A DNA stretch of 64,000 nt, from NCBI GenBank assembly GCA_030704615.1, contig CM060733.1, forward strand, positions 71,796,001 through 71,860,000, in the 5' to 3' direction. Each line of letters opens with the position of its first letter. The stretch's first letter is position 1. This DNA is from Takakia lepidozioides (lineage: Eukaryota; Plantae; Bryophyta). Made by a program: the position numbers and the translations under genes. The notes beneath the pieces are model-generated. The model saw nothing but the letters and a program-made list of their open reading frames with translations. It searched no databases and was not told the origin of the DNA. Shown piece after piece: positions 1 to 11,404 of this stretch.

Positions 1-760
1 TGATCTCAGTCCAAACCAGGAAGTGGTCAGAGGTACCAATATCAGTTCTGTCGATCAACACATTGGCACACTGGGGGAACAAAATTTTGTCCATTATGAT
101 ATAGTCCACAATGGAACGTTCCCCAGTTTGGGATTTCTCACGAGTCCACTGCACTTGGTCACCACTTGTCCTGTTATTCAAGGTCAAAAGCTGAAGCTCT
201 TCTAGACAGTTAATTAACCGTCTGCCATTAGAATTCAGCTCGTCCTCACCAAAAGGTCCAATGATATCGTCTTGATGGATCCCTTTGCCCACCTGGGCAT
301 TGAAGTCCCCCAATAGTACCACCTGACCTTTGGCAAGGAACGAAGCACAGTCCAGCTTTACATCTTCGAAGGCCTTGTCTGCGTCAGCACTAAGGGTCCC
401 CTCTGTGGGCATGTAAACACAACCAACAAAGAGGTCCTTTGTACTCATGCCGCCCTTCAAATTTTGTTTTAGCCAGATACTATGCTCGTACCTCAAACCC
501 TTGTTGATAATTTCACAATTGTCAAACAAGAAATCACGGACAAAGAATCCGACCCCTTTTTTACCGCGTTTGGCAGAGGCTGCCTTGAGAGTACACATCT
601 TACCTGCCCATTTATAACCAATGACATCTCCAACCAGTTTATCCGACGTTTCCCATGTTTCTTGCCCAGCACAGATATGAATATCATTAGTCCGAAGAAC
701 TTGTCCCACTTCAAGTTGTTTCCTTTGGTTGGTCAACCCTGAGAAGTTGAAAGTGGCCAG
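1..760 (-). pseudogene. LINE (non-LTR retrotransposon) ORF2 APE endonuclease domain, frameshifted; continues off the left window edge
   Basis: Minus-strand translation gives QETWE, VVLLGDFNAQVG (~290-325), IVDYII and GTSDHFLVW (~10-40), the conserved EEP/APE motifs. Confidence 0.85.
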
Positions 761-1781
761 CCGCAAGCCAGCCCTTTGCGTGTGAATTGTTTGTCGTCTA
801 GGTAGCTTGTGATTGCTCCTGGACGGCCAACCGTTCTACAAAGGGGGGACAGTTACCCATGTGTAGATTTTGCTCGTCTTGTGTAAACTTTGAGAATTGG
901 TAAACCATTCAGGGTACCAAATCTTTCAGTTACACGACGCACAGGCTCCGCACACATAGGGGCAGATTGTCCGTCAAACTGCTTGGGGACAATTACCCCG
1001 TGTATAGATTTTGCTCGTCTTGTGTAGACTTTGAGGATTGGTAAACCATTTAGAGTACCAAATCCTTCAGTTACACGACGTTCAGGCTCTGCACACTTAG
1101 GGACAGACTGTCCATCTGACGGCTTGGGGACAATTATCCCGTGTATAGAATTGTTCGTCTTGTGTAAACCTTGAGGATTGGTAAGCCATTCAGAGTACCA
1201 AATCCTTCAGATTCAGGACGTTCAGGTTCCGTACACTTAGGGGCATCTTGTCTTTCTGGCTGTGTGGATTCAACCTCATCCAAAGCATCAAACCAATTAG
1301 AAACTCTCAAGTTGAAGTTGTTGCCCTTGGTTGTCTTCCTAGAGCGCCCCATTGAATCACCAATGTCTAAGACTGCTACCCAGCCAGTCAAGGGACGAAC
1401 TTCTTTGAGATTGAATTGATGCGGGACTCTATTAGAAGCACTTTTGGTCATTGCAACCTTCAACGTACCCATGTTATCAAGTCTCGAGATGGTACCATTA
1501 GCCATGAAATCCAAGCCTAAGCTAGAGCATGTAGTTTTAAAGGACACATCGTCCATCCTGGGATTCGCCCCAAAAACTACACATGAAGCCCTAGATTTGG
1601 CATAAGTAACCAATTCCCAGGGATCACCCTGAGGAGTGTTGATGTTGATAGGAGCTAGCCATAAGTTTAAGCACAGGAACCAACCCGAGCCCCAAGTGCT
1701 GAGTATGCTAGACAGAGCATACGACTGCCCAATTTGGGCAGAGGGGCTGCCCCCAAGCGGTAGGAGTCCGCTTGTTACCAT
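760..1781 (-). pseudogene. Putative LINE ORF1 remnant
   Basis: ORF 1134..1781 lies directly upstream of the endonuclease and contains LRVSNWFDALDEVE (the xSNxFxxL motif common in LINE ORF1/linker regions). Confidence 0.5.
845..1250. repeat. Tandem repeat, ~140-141 bp unit, ~3 copies
   Basis: GGACA(G/A)TTA(C/T)CC...TCGTCTTGTGTA...GGTAAACCATT...GTACCAAATC recurs at ~848, ~988 and ~1128. Confidence 0.9.
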
Positions 1782-2822
1782 TCAGAGATCACACTCCAGG
1801 GAGTTGCAGGGAATGGCCCGTGTAGGCATATTCTAAAGAGGGAAAGGCCCCAAGCTTTCCAACTAAATCCAATGCACTACCTTACCTGAAGCAAAGCGCT
1901 TCAGGTCGAAACAAACAAGGACACGAGGTCACAAGGCCGACATTTAGTCACAGAGAGATGGTAGCCAATGGGGAAACTCTGAAGAGGAGAGTAAAGCAGC
2001 AAACAAAACATGATATGAAATGAAACGGTCCTTCAAAATCATTGTGAAGAGCTCAAAAGCTTATGAGACCAAAGGAAACCCACAAGCAAGAAGAGACAAA
2101 ACCACAGCCATAAACAGCCCATAAGCAACTACTGTCTTGCATCCAAACACACACGCATGAGCAGCCCAAAGGTAACCCTCCTGGACATAAGCTCCCAAGC
2201 ATTTCTCATGGCACAAATGGAAAAAGGTATAGAAGACTTTTATAACAGATTTGGGTTCCAAGGAATAGACAGTAGAATCTCCCTTGTATCATGAGGTATA
2301 GAGGGCAAGAAAGTGGTGCTTCATACTGCTAGTGGAAAATGGAAAGAACTGCTTGGACCAAAAGGAAAAACAAATAAGAAGACGCAAATCCAGAGGCATG
2401 AGCAGCCCCAAAATATCGGGGAATGACGGGATTCCCGGGATTCCCCAAGGGTCCACTCCAAATGCACATAAGCTGCCAAGCATTTCTGATGAGACCAAAG
2501 TGTACAAAAAATGAAAATAGGAGCCAAACCACATGCATGAGCACACTAAAAGCAACTATTGCAAAGGCGACGGCCAAAGGATCAAAGCTCCCAAGCATAC
2601 AAGCATTGCTGGACTTTAAAATATAATACGTCACTTACAAATTGGGTTTCAAATAGTAGACACATCAATGTCCCGTGCAACTGGTGAAGTCCTTTCATTC
2701 CCCCCACTCATGTGTATCCATTTGAAAACAGAGGGGAGCACATTGCAAAAGCCCATTGCTTGCCATTGCAACTTCTTTACTTGGAAGATGTGACCCTTAT
2801 CCCAACCGTGCTCGGGGCATTC

Positions 2823-3680
2823 TCATATCAAGCACATGAACCCTGCCAAAAACCTAAAAAAATCAAAAAGCAAATGCCCACTTACCTCTCGTGGAAGAGG
2901 AGCTGGCCGTTTGGGTGCCCTCTGAGCATGCGTTGCATTGGGAGGCTCGGTCAGTCCACATGCACCACTGATGTAGTTCTCCAAATCTGATACATTGTCC
3001 ACATCATCTCCATCCTCGTCCTCCTCTAGGCCCTTGTCCATTCCCTCCTCCGAATCGTCGTCATCATCTATTTTGTAATCCTCATCGAGCTCCTGATCAC
3101 GCTCGTCGAGTTCCTCTGCCACAGAGCCCACCAGCTGGGGAGTCTCGGGCTCTTCCTCCGCCATCGAAGGTAATGCTAGTTCTTTCAAGCGCCCGCTTTG
3201 TCGAGGAGGCCCGTTCCACACAACTTTGGAGCTCCTAGTCGGCCGTTGTACACTCCTGGCTATGCTGCGCACACATTTCCAAAACCCTATGAGAATCTTG
3301 CCCTAAACCCAAGGCAATCGTGAAAGTGCCATCACCATCAAACCTATGGGGGGGAAAAGCAGTAGGCTAATGTGGTGGGAAACCCCTACTCACTACCTGT
3401 GTAGCATGCATACTAAGGACAAGGGTGATCTGCTCACCTGCGCGCAACGCTCCCAATGTTCAGCTGAGACAACGTCTCCTTGTTGGCTGCTATGCGCCTC
3501 TCTCACTCTTCCTCGTAGGTAGTGCGTGGAGGGGTGTCGGGTGTAGAGGGCTTGGGTGCAGAGGGCTTGGGTGCGGGTGTGCGGGAAGCCAGTGCAGTCG
3601 GGTAGGGTCTTCTTGCAGAGGTGGTGGGGGCGCGGGCACTATGCGCTTGGGGGGTCCTGCTGTTGCGTGTCCGTGCCATG
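2823..3680 (-). other. Low-complexity acidic and Pro/Arg-rich ORF fragments, possibly a CACTA accessory gene remnant
   Basis: ORFs 2823..3272 (D/E-rich) and 3503..3736 (MARTR.., PKPS repeats) are divergent from the CACTA transposase exon; no recognisable domain. Confidence 0.25.
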
Positions 3681-3904
3681 GCGGGTTCCTCCTCGTTGCT
3701 CAAATTGCAGTAATCGACCTCAAACAAGACTACCATGATCTACTGATCAAACAATAGAAGGAACGCATGTAGGAAACAGATGGGAGGTGGACCCGCCATA
3801 CGAATACTCCAACGCCTGCAAGCCAGGCGTAGGTTCCCCACATCCGAGCACTCGCTGACTTCCCACTTCAAAAACTACTCAAACCCAGAAGCGTTTCGTC
3901 ATAA

Positions 3905-4123
3905 ATGAGAGAGGTCGGAACTAGAAACACCCGGCGCCGCACTACGGTGCCCGACACTGACGCAAGACTTTGGCAAATCGAGGAACAACGTGCAACTAGA
4001 CTGGGTCTTTCAAAGATAATGTGTCCCTGCAACGACTGCCATGGGGGTCGACTCCAATTCGTGGAAACTGCCAAATTGCATTTGCTTGCCAACGACCGGG
4101 ATCCACTGTTGGGTTATCCCATG
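3905..4123 (+). pseudogene. CACTA/EnSpm transposase N-terminal exon (transposase-associated domain), truncated
   Basis: IMCPCNDCHGG-x8-KLHLLANDRDP resembles the CPCxxC..HL pattern of the TnpD N-terminus; followed by a GTGAGT donor. Confidence 0.6.
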
Positions 4124-4889
4124 GTGAGTGACGTGCATCTCTCACCTCACTTCTCGCAGACATAACTTAGGATGAAGCCCTTAGAATGCTAATGTTGAAC
4201 AGCCCTCTACTGTACATGTACAGTGGACTACTGTATGGAAACTAGCACGGTCAAATAGGAGATTCCCTGTTTTATGCAACAAGTTACATTTTGGACAAGA
4301 CTATACTCTTATACTTTGGAGGTGAACAGAGGATAGCTATTTCATGAGCATGAGCGGCATGAGCGGCGTAGTAAGACAATCGGTTTTCATGAGCAGAAGT
4401 ACAAATTTCAAAAAAAAAAAAAAAAAAAAAACATTAATTTAATGCAATGTGTCAGGAAAAACAAATATATTATTCGGCCCCTTGAAGGGAAAATTGTAGT
4501 TTTAACAGTTGTGCTCATGATATTTCGTCTTCCGCTCATGCCAATTCCTAGCGACATGTGCAAATATGGCGCCGAATTTCGCGGTAATAGGGTCTGTAAC
4601 CTGAAAAAACGGCGACGTATTTTGCGGTAATAGGTCTCTCTGGCGAAAAATGGTGCCGAATTCCGCGGCTATAGGTCCCCTCATGACAGGTAATTCGGCG
4701 CCATTTTTCCAGTGCACGTTCAGACTTAGCCAGCTTTCGGCGCAAAATAGGGAAATTCGGCGCCATTTTTCCAGACACTGTACGAGTGCATGTTGGGACT
4801 TAGCCAGTTTTCGGCCCAAAAAAGAGAAATTCGGCGCCATTTTTCCAGACACGGTACCAGTGCATGTTGGGACTTAGCCAGTTTTCGGC

Positions 4890-7095
4890 CATGTTTGTCG
4901 TGGGCATGTCGGTGTCGGAGTCGAGACACATTTCCTGCACAAGCACATGTTGAGGTTACAAGCAAGTTACAAATATGGCCAAGAATAATATTCAACGGGA
5001 CGCGAATTTGTGCAACTCACCTCCCGCATATAGTCGCCGAACTGGAGGAAACGATAATGCCACCATGCTAGCCAACTGACCATTGCTCCCTCGTCTGATT
5101 TCCTTACAGCACCTGACGATGTCCACCAAGCCCGTATACATGCAAACTGTGTCTGCATCATCCAAGGTGGGAGCGCGCTTCCACGCAAGGCACATGGAAT
5201 GGTGCTCCTCTCTGAAATCTGGCGCCACGAGCCTGGTTGTGTACTGCGAAAGGCTCTGCAGAAAATGGAACCCACAAGATCTCTCCTTGCCTTCCATGGG
5301 AACATTGGGGTCTTGCCTGTACACCCTTCGGATGGCAGCCCAATTTGCTTGTGCGTTGTCTGCCATGAAACCACGGAAATTGGGAGGGGGCAATCCCGCC
5401 TTGGCCATCTGTTCGTTTATTCCCTGCCAAAGAAGCATCTCCGATTGTGTGTCCTCTCCTTTCATCTCACAAATAGCAATTGTCATTAGCATCCTGCAGT
5501 GGGTGACGTAGACATGTGCACCCATTGTCACCCACTGGTGATTTGTAATTCGCTTGATATGGTCGAACGTTTGACAAGTCCCCACTCGTCATCCTGTCGA
5601 CCAGTTCGACGCCGCTGCCAGGTCCACACGTGGACATTTTGAATACGAAACAACGATCTACCTCAGTCCCTTGTCCTGGAAACCTACTTCCATGAATGTA
5701 GTCATATCCACATCGTCGCTTCACCTCCAGAATGGAGTGCATATCCGAGCCACGCCCAATTTTCTGTTTGCATGAGACAATGTGGTTTTGGACATTCGGT
5801 GAACATACGTGGGACACCGACTCCAGCAATGCCTCCATTTCCTTCTTGTCGAGAGGAACTCTATCGGAGCCGTCTTCCGACATAATTCTGGCCAATGCCA
5901 TCTTATGGGCGGCTTGGAGCTGTATCTGTTTGGATTTGGCACCCGGTCTCAACTTAACCTCCTCCTGAACGAGCTGCTCTGCTTCGTGGGCAGCCTCCCG
6001 CGAGTTCCCCCTCGCCAATTTGTGACAATGGGAACCAACGTGTATGCAAGCTCGGGTGAGGTCAGGGAAACGGTGCAACACATAGAACTGTTTGGCATTA
6101 CAAACAGACATGCAGTGTGGTGGTTCTTTGCAATGCGCACACTTAAATGTGGAGTTCGGAACCTTCTCCTGAGCTCGAAATGGTTGATGAGCTGTGCCTG
6201 TCCAATCGGTCTCGTTCCTGTGACCTCTGGATTTAAAGTGGAAGCAAGTTGGGGAGAAACACCGCAACACGCCCGCACAAACAACGTAGCGCACCCGCAC
6301 ACCATCGAGCATCTTCATGCTGGTGGTTTTGGTAACGCACCAAGGATGACCGTCATGTTTTCTATCCATATCTGTCAACATTCCGGACGTCCTCGAGTAG
6401 TCCGCCCGAGGAGGGAACTCAAAGAAGATATTACCGTCGACGTCGGCGGGAAGGCATGTAACCGATTTAATTGCGAACTTGCTGTAGTCCAGCCCGGCCA
6501 GCTCCGACCGGTGTCCCTCCAGGTGAAGCCCTCGCAGAATTTCAAGAATAGATCGAACTGCGGTGCTCGTGCTGGGAATATGACTCCCTCCTCCACTGAC
6601 GTCCATTGAGGACTTGCCTGATCTCTAGGACGACCTCGGAACTTCCATGACCTCGTCTGAGTCGGACAGGTTGTGAACAACCCGGTTCTCGCTCGTCTTC
6701 ATGGATGGGTTCGGCTCTGGATTTACTTCGTTGCGGACTTCTCTCTTTGAGGTACCCACTCTCTGATTCGCGGATTGTTTCGTGGAAGGCGCCAGGATAG
6801 AAGGTGCATTTGGCGGGCAAATGAAGTCCCCAACAGCCCTGTATATGACGCTGTCCGATGGTGGAACTCGCCATTCCCTGCCATCGCCGAAATCATCGTG
6901 GAGCACAACAATACTCTCGACAACAAGGCCGTTTGAGTCCTTCCTTTCCTCCTCCAAAAAAACCGACCCCGGTTTCAGGTGGTATCGAACGCACAGATAT
7001 TTCTCCATCACCCGGCATATGTCCCCTCTGCACGGAAATGAAGCTCTATGCTCGTGAGGAGGGCAGTACACTGTAGCGCTCGGGTTTTCCGCCAT
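4890..7095 (-). pseudogene. MULE-type DDE transposase with GCM-like zinc domain (family A), disrupted and 3'-deleted
   Basis: ORFs 6625..7110, 5467..6606, 4992..5585 and 4967..5374: HDGHPWC..C..C..C GCM-like region, FDHIKR, GFMADN, CGFH; stop at 6625, 11-bp deletion near 5568 versus copy 2. Confidence 0.85.
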
Positions 7096-7379
7096 GGGAG
7101 ATGTGCACACAAGACTGCCAGGATGGCGTGCGGGGAAGCTCCCTAGTAAAAGGGGGATGCAGCGATGGGAAGGAATACGGTGCCGATTTGTCCGAGCGAC
7201 GAAGCCTGATCCAAATCCAAGGAGCCAACTATCTCAAAAATCCAGAGTCAGAGTGTTAATGAACCTTGTCTCCGGAATGCGGCCCCTGGTCTTTGCGCAA
7301 TAACTGCCAACGGTATGCAGTCAGAAAGTGGGGGGCCGTCCGGATGATGTCGGCTAAAGGGGAGAAGCCGGCACTGTGC

Positions 7380-9425
7380 CGTCACATTACTACACCCGAA
7401 TGGAAATTCGGCACCCAATACCCAACAGGGGCCGCACGGATGAAGTCGTCTGGGGCAGAGATGTCGGCACCTGTCCGACAGAAACATCCCCCCGGATGGA
7501 AATTCAACGCCGAATTTCCATTCGGATCCACCCAATAGAAGTCCTGTCGGGGGGTCAGGCCAAAAACTGGCCGACCTAAAAACCTCTGCGGATGGAAAAA
7601 CGGCGCCGAATTTCCATCCGAGGCCTTTCGGATGCAGTCGGCTCGGGGGAAAGGTCGCCATCTGGCCCTCACATTACAACCCCGGACGGAAATTCGGCAC
7701 CGAATATACAACAGGGGAAGCCCGGATGAAGTCGCCTCGGGCGCAGAGGCCGGCGCGTGTGCGACAGAGAACATCCCCTGGATGAACATTTGGCGCCGAA
7801 TTTCCATCCGGGCCTCCCCAAAGGAAGTCGTGTCGGGGGGTCAGGCCGAAAACTGGCCGGCATAAAAACATCCCCAGATGGAAAAACGGCGCCGAATTTC
7901 CATCCGGGGCGGTTCGGATGCAGTCGGGGAGGGGGGAGAGGTCGGCACCTGGCCGTCACATTTCAACCCCCGGACGGAAATTCGGCACCGAATATCCAAC
8001 AGGGGACGCCCGGATGAAGTCGCCTCGGGCGTAGAGGCCGACACGTGTTCGACAGAGAGCATCCCTTATATGGAGATTCGGCGCCGAATTTCCATCCAGG
8101 CCCCCCCAAAGGAAGTCGTGTCGGGGGGTCAGGCCGAAAACTGGCCGACATAAAAACCTCCCCAGATGGAAAAACGGTGCCGAATTTCCATCCGGGGCCG
8201 TTCCAATGCAGTCAGGGAGGGGGGAGAGGCCGGCACCTGGCCGTCATATTTCAACCCCCGGACGGAAATTCGGCACCGAATATCCAACAGAGCGGCGGAG
8301 AGGCCGGCACCTCTCCGACAGAGACCATCCCCCGGATGGAAATTCGGCGCCGAATTTCCATCGGGGCCCCCTCAAAGGAAGTCGTAAAAACCTCCCAGAA
8401 TGGAAAAACGGCGCCGAATTTCCGTCCGAGGCTGTTCCGATTTGCCTCTAGCAGTCAAGGATTCCAAGAAAAACGTGTCTACAAGTGCACTTCAGCCACA
8501 AAACAAACAGTTAGGTTTGTTTTTCTCCGAAAAATCAATCGGACACGCTCAGAATTACCTGCAGGAAGGTAATTCAGCGCTTCGAAATACCTGGCGAATG
8601 GAAATTCGGCGCCGAATATCCATACGCTAGCGATCCGACTTTTCTGCTGGATGGAAATTCGGCGCCGGATTTCCATCCATCCGGGATTCGAATTACCTGC
8701 AGGATGGAAATTCGGCGCCGGATCTCCATCCATCCGGGATTCGAATTACCTGCAGGATGGAAATTCGGCGCCGGATCTCCATCCATCCGGGATTCGGATT
8801 ACCTGCAGGGTGGAAATTCGGCGCCGGATCTCCATCCATCCGCTCTCCGACCAACCTTGCGGATGGAAATCCGGCGCCGGATCTCCATCCATCCGCCTCC
8901 GAATTACCTGCTTGAAGGAAATTTCGCGCGCCGCCCTACCTTCGCGGATGGAAATCCGACGCCGGATTTCCATCCATCCGCCTCCGAATTACCTGCGTGA
9001 GGGAAATTTGGCGCGCCACCCTACCTGCGCGGATGGAAATCCGGGGCCAGATTTCCATCCATCTGCTTCCGAATTACCTGCGTGAGGGAAATTTGGCGCG
9101 CCGCCCTACCGAATTTGCAGCGCCGACTTACCTGGAGTATGGAAATCCGGCGCCGGATTTCCATCCATCCGCGCTCCGAATTACCTGCATGATGGAAATT
9201 TTGCGCGCCGACCTACCTGGCGGATGGAAATCCGGCGCCGGATTTCAATCCATCCGCTCTTCGAATTAGCTGCATGACGGAAATTTTGCGCGCCGACTTA
9301 GCTGGCGGATGGAAATCCGGCCATCCATCCGCTCTTCGAATGACCTGCATGACGGAAATTTTGCGCGCCGACTTAGCTGGCGGATGGAAATCCGGCGCCA
9401 TCCGCTCTTCGAATTACCTGCATCA
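7380..9425. repeat. Arrays of the palindrome GGATGGAAATTCGGCGCCGAATTTCCATCC (~290-bp units at 7380-8420, ~53-bp units at 8560-9425)
   Basis: Dozens of visible copies; they generate the spurious MEIRRRISI and WKFGAEFPS ORFs. Confidence 0.95.
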
Positions 9426-11330
9426 CTGGAAAAATGGCGCCGAATTTCCGATTTTGGTGCTAGTCAGATCTGGGACTTAGCCATTTTCGGCCCCGAACTG
9501 GAAAAAATGGCGCCGAAAAAAAAAAAAAAAAAAAAAAAAAACGCCATTTTTCTTGTTCGGGGCCGAAAACGGCTGTCCCAGATCTGACTGGCACCAAAAT
9601 CGGAAATTCGGCGCCATTTTTCCAGTTCTGGGCCCAGTCAGATCTGGGACTTGGCCATTTTTGGCCTCGAACTGGAATAAAATAAATTTATTAAAATTAA
9701 AAATTTAAAAAAAAAAAAAAACGCCATTTTTCCAGTTCGGGCCGAAAACGGCTAAGTCCCAGATCTGACTGGCACCAAAATCGGAAATTCGGGGCCATTC
9801 TGGGCCCAGTCAGATCTGGGACTTAGCCATTTTCGGCCCCGAACTGGAATAAAAATAATTTAAAAAAAAAAACGCCATTTTTCCAGTTCGGGGCCGAAAA
9901 CGGCTAAGTCCCAGATCTGACTGGCACCAAAATCGGAAATTCGGCGCCATTTTTCCAGTTCTGGGCCCAGTCAGATCTGGGACTTAGCCATTTTCGGCCC
10001 CGAACTGGAAAAAAAACGCCATTTTTCCAGTTCGGGGCCGAAAACGGCTAAGTCCCAGATCTGACTGGCACCAAAATCGGAAATTCGGCGCCATTTTTCC
10101 AGTTCTGGGCCTAGTCAGATATGGGACTTAGCCATTTTCGGCCCCGAACTGGAAAAAACAAAAATAAAAGAAAATAAAATAAAAAAAACGCCATTTTTCC
10201 AGTTCGGGGCCGAAAACGGCTAAGTCCCGGATCTGACTGGCACCAAAATTGGAAATTCGGCGCCATTTTTTCCAGTTCTGGGCCAAGTCAGATCTGGGAC
10301 TTAGCCATTTTCGGCCCCGAGTTGGAAAAAACAAAAATAAAATAAAAAATAAAAAAACGCCATTTTTCCAGTTCGGGGCCGAAAACGGCTAAGTCCCAGA
10401 TCTGACTTGGCCCAGAACTGGAAAAATGGCGCCGAATTTCCGATTTTGGGTGCCAGTCAGATCTGGGACTTAGCCATTTTCGGCCCCGAACTGGAAAGAA
10501 AAAAAAAAAAAAAAAAAAAAAACGCCATTTTTCCAGTTCGGGGCCGAAAACGGCTAAGTCCCAGATCTGACTGGCACCCAAAATCGGAAATTCGGCGCCA
10601 TTTTTCCAGTTCTGGGCCAAGTCAGATCTGGGACTTAGCCATTTTCGGCCCCGAAATGGAAAAATGGCGCCATTTTTCCAGTTAAGGGCCCCGAAAATGG
10701 CTAAGTCTTTACGATGGCTGGAACCACAACTGGAAATTCGGCACCATTTTTCCAGTTCCGCGCCCTATCAGATCTGGGACTTAGCCATTTTCGGCCCCGA
10801 ACTGGAAAAATGGCGCCATTTTTCCAGTTCGGGGCCGAAAATGGCTAAGTCCCTATGGTGGGTGGCACCAAAATCGGAAATTCGGCGCCATTTTTTCCAG
10901 TTCCGGGCCCAGTCTGATCTGGGACTTAGCCATTTTCGGCCCCAAACTGAAAAAATGGCACCGAAAAAAAAAAAAAAAAAACGCCATTTTTCCAGTTCGG
11001 GCCCGAAAATGGCTAAGTCCCAGATCTGACTGGCACCAAAATCGGAAATTCGGCGCCATTTTTCCAGTTCCGGGCCTAGTCAGATCTGGGACTTAGCCAT
11101 TTTTGGCCCCGAAATGGAAAAATGGCGCCATTTTTCCAGTTCAGCGCCTTGTCAGATCTGGGACTTAGCCATTTTTGGCCCCGAACTGGAAAAATGCCGA
11201 AAATGGCTAAGTCCCTGGGCCTTGAACTGGAAAAATGGTGCCGAATTTCGGTTTTCGGTGCCAGCCACACTAGGGACTTAGCCATTTTGGGTGCCCTGGA
11301 CTGGAAATTCAGCGCCATTTTTCGAAGGAC
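9426..11330. repeat. Hairpin array (~40-bp arms TCAGATCTGGGACTTAGCCATTTTCGGCCCCGAACTGGAAAAA around A-rich loops); intron of the family A ParB gene
   Basis: About 10 units of ~180-200 bp; starts ~70 bp after the GT donor that follows AMRLLYR (~11404). Confidence 0.9.
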
Positions 11331-11404
11331 CAATTTTTATGCGCCACATGAGGCCTCTAACATCCTGAAATGCAAGGACTTGAAAGGAAGGCATCGCGTA
11401 TGTA

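Larger units (their letters stand above)
4329..9425 (-). mobile_element. Family A MULE-like transposon, partial copy 1 (3' terminus at 4329, internally deleted transposase, intergenic palindrome arrays)
   Basis: 4329-4890 is the reverse complement of 52059-52620; 4890-8570 is the reverse complement of ~15360-18737. Confidence 0.85.

Noticed and set aside
2060-2660. Loose repeats of AAGCT(C/G)CCAAGCAT
   Set aside because: Too degenerate to define units or boundaries
7248-11333. Many overlapping ORFs (MEIRRRISI, WKFGAEFPS, KMAPNF) here and at 15033-16372 and 51830-52562
   Set aside because: Translations of palindromic tandem repeats on both strands; not genes
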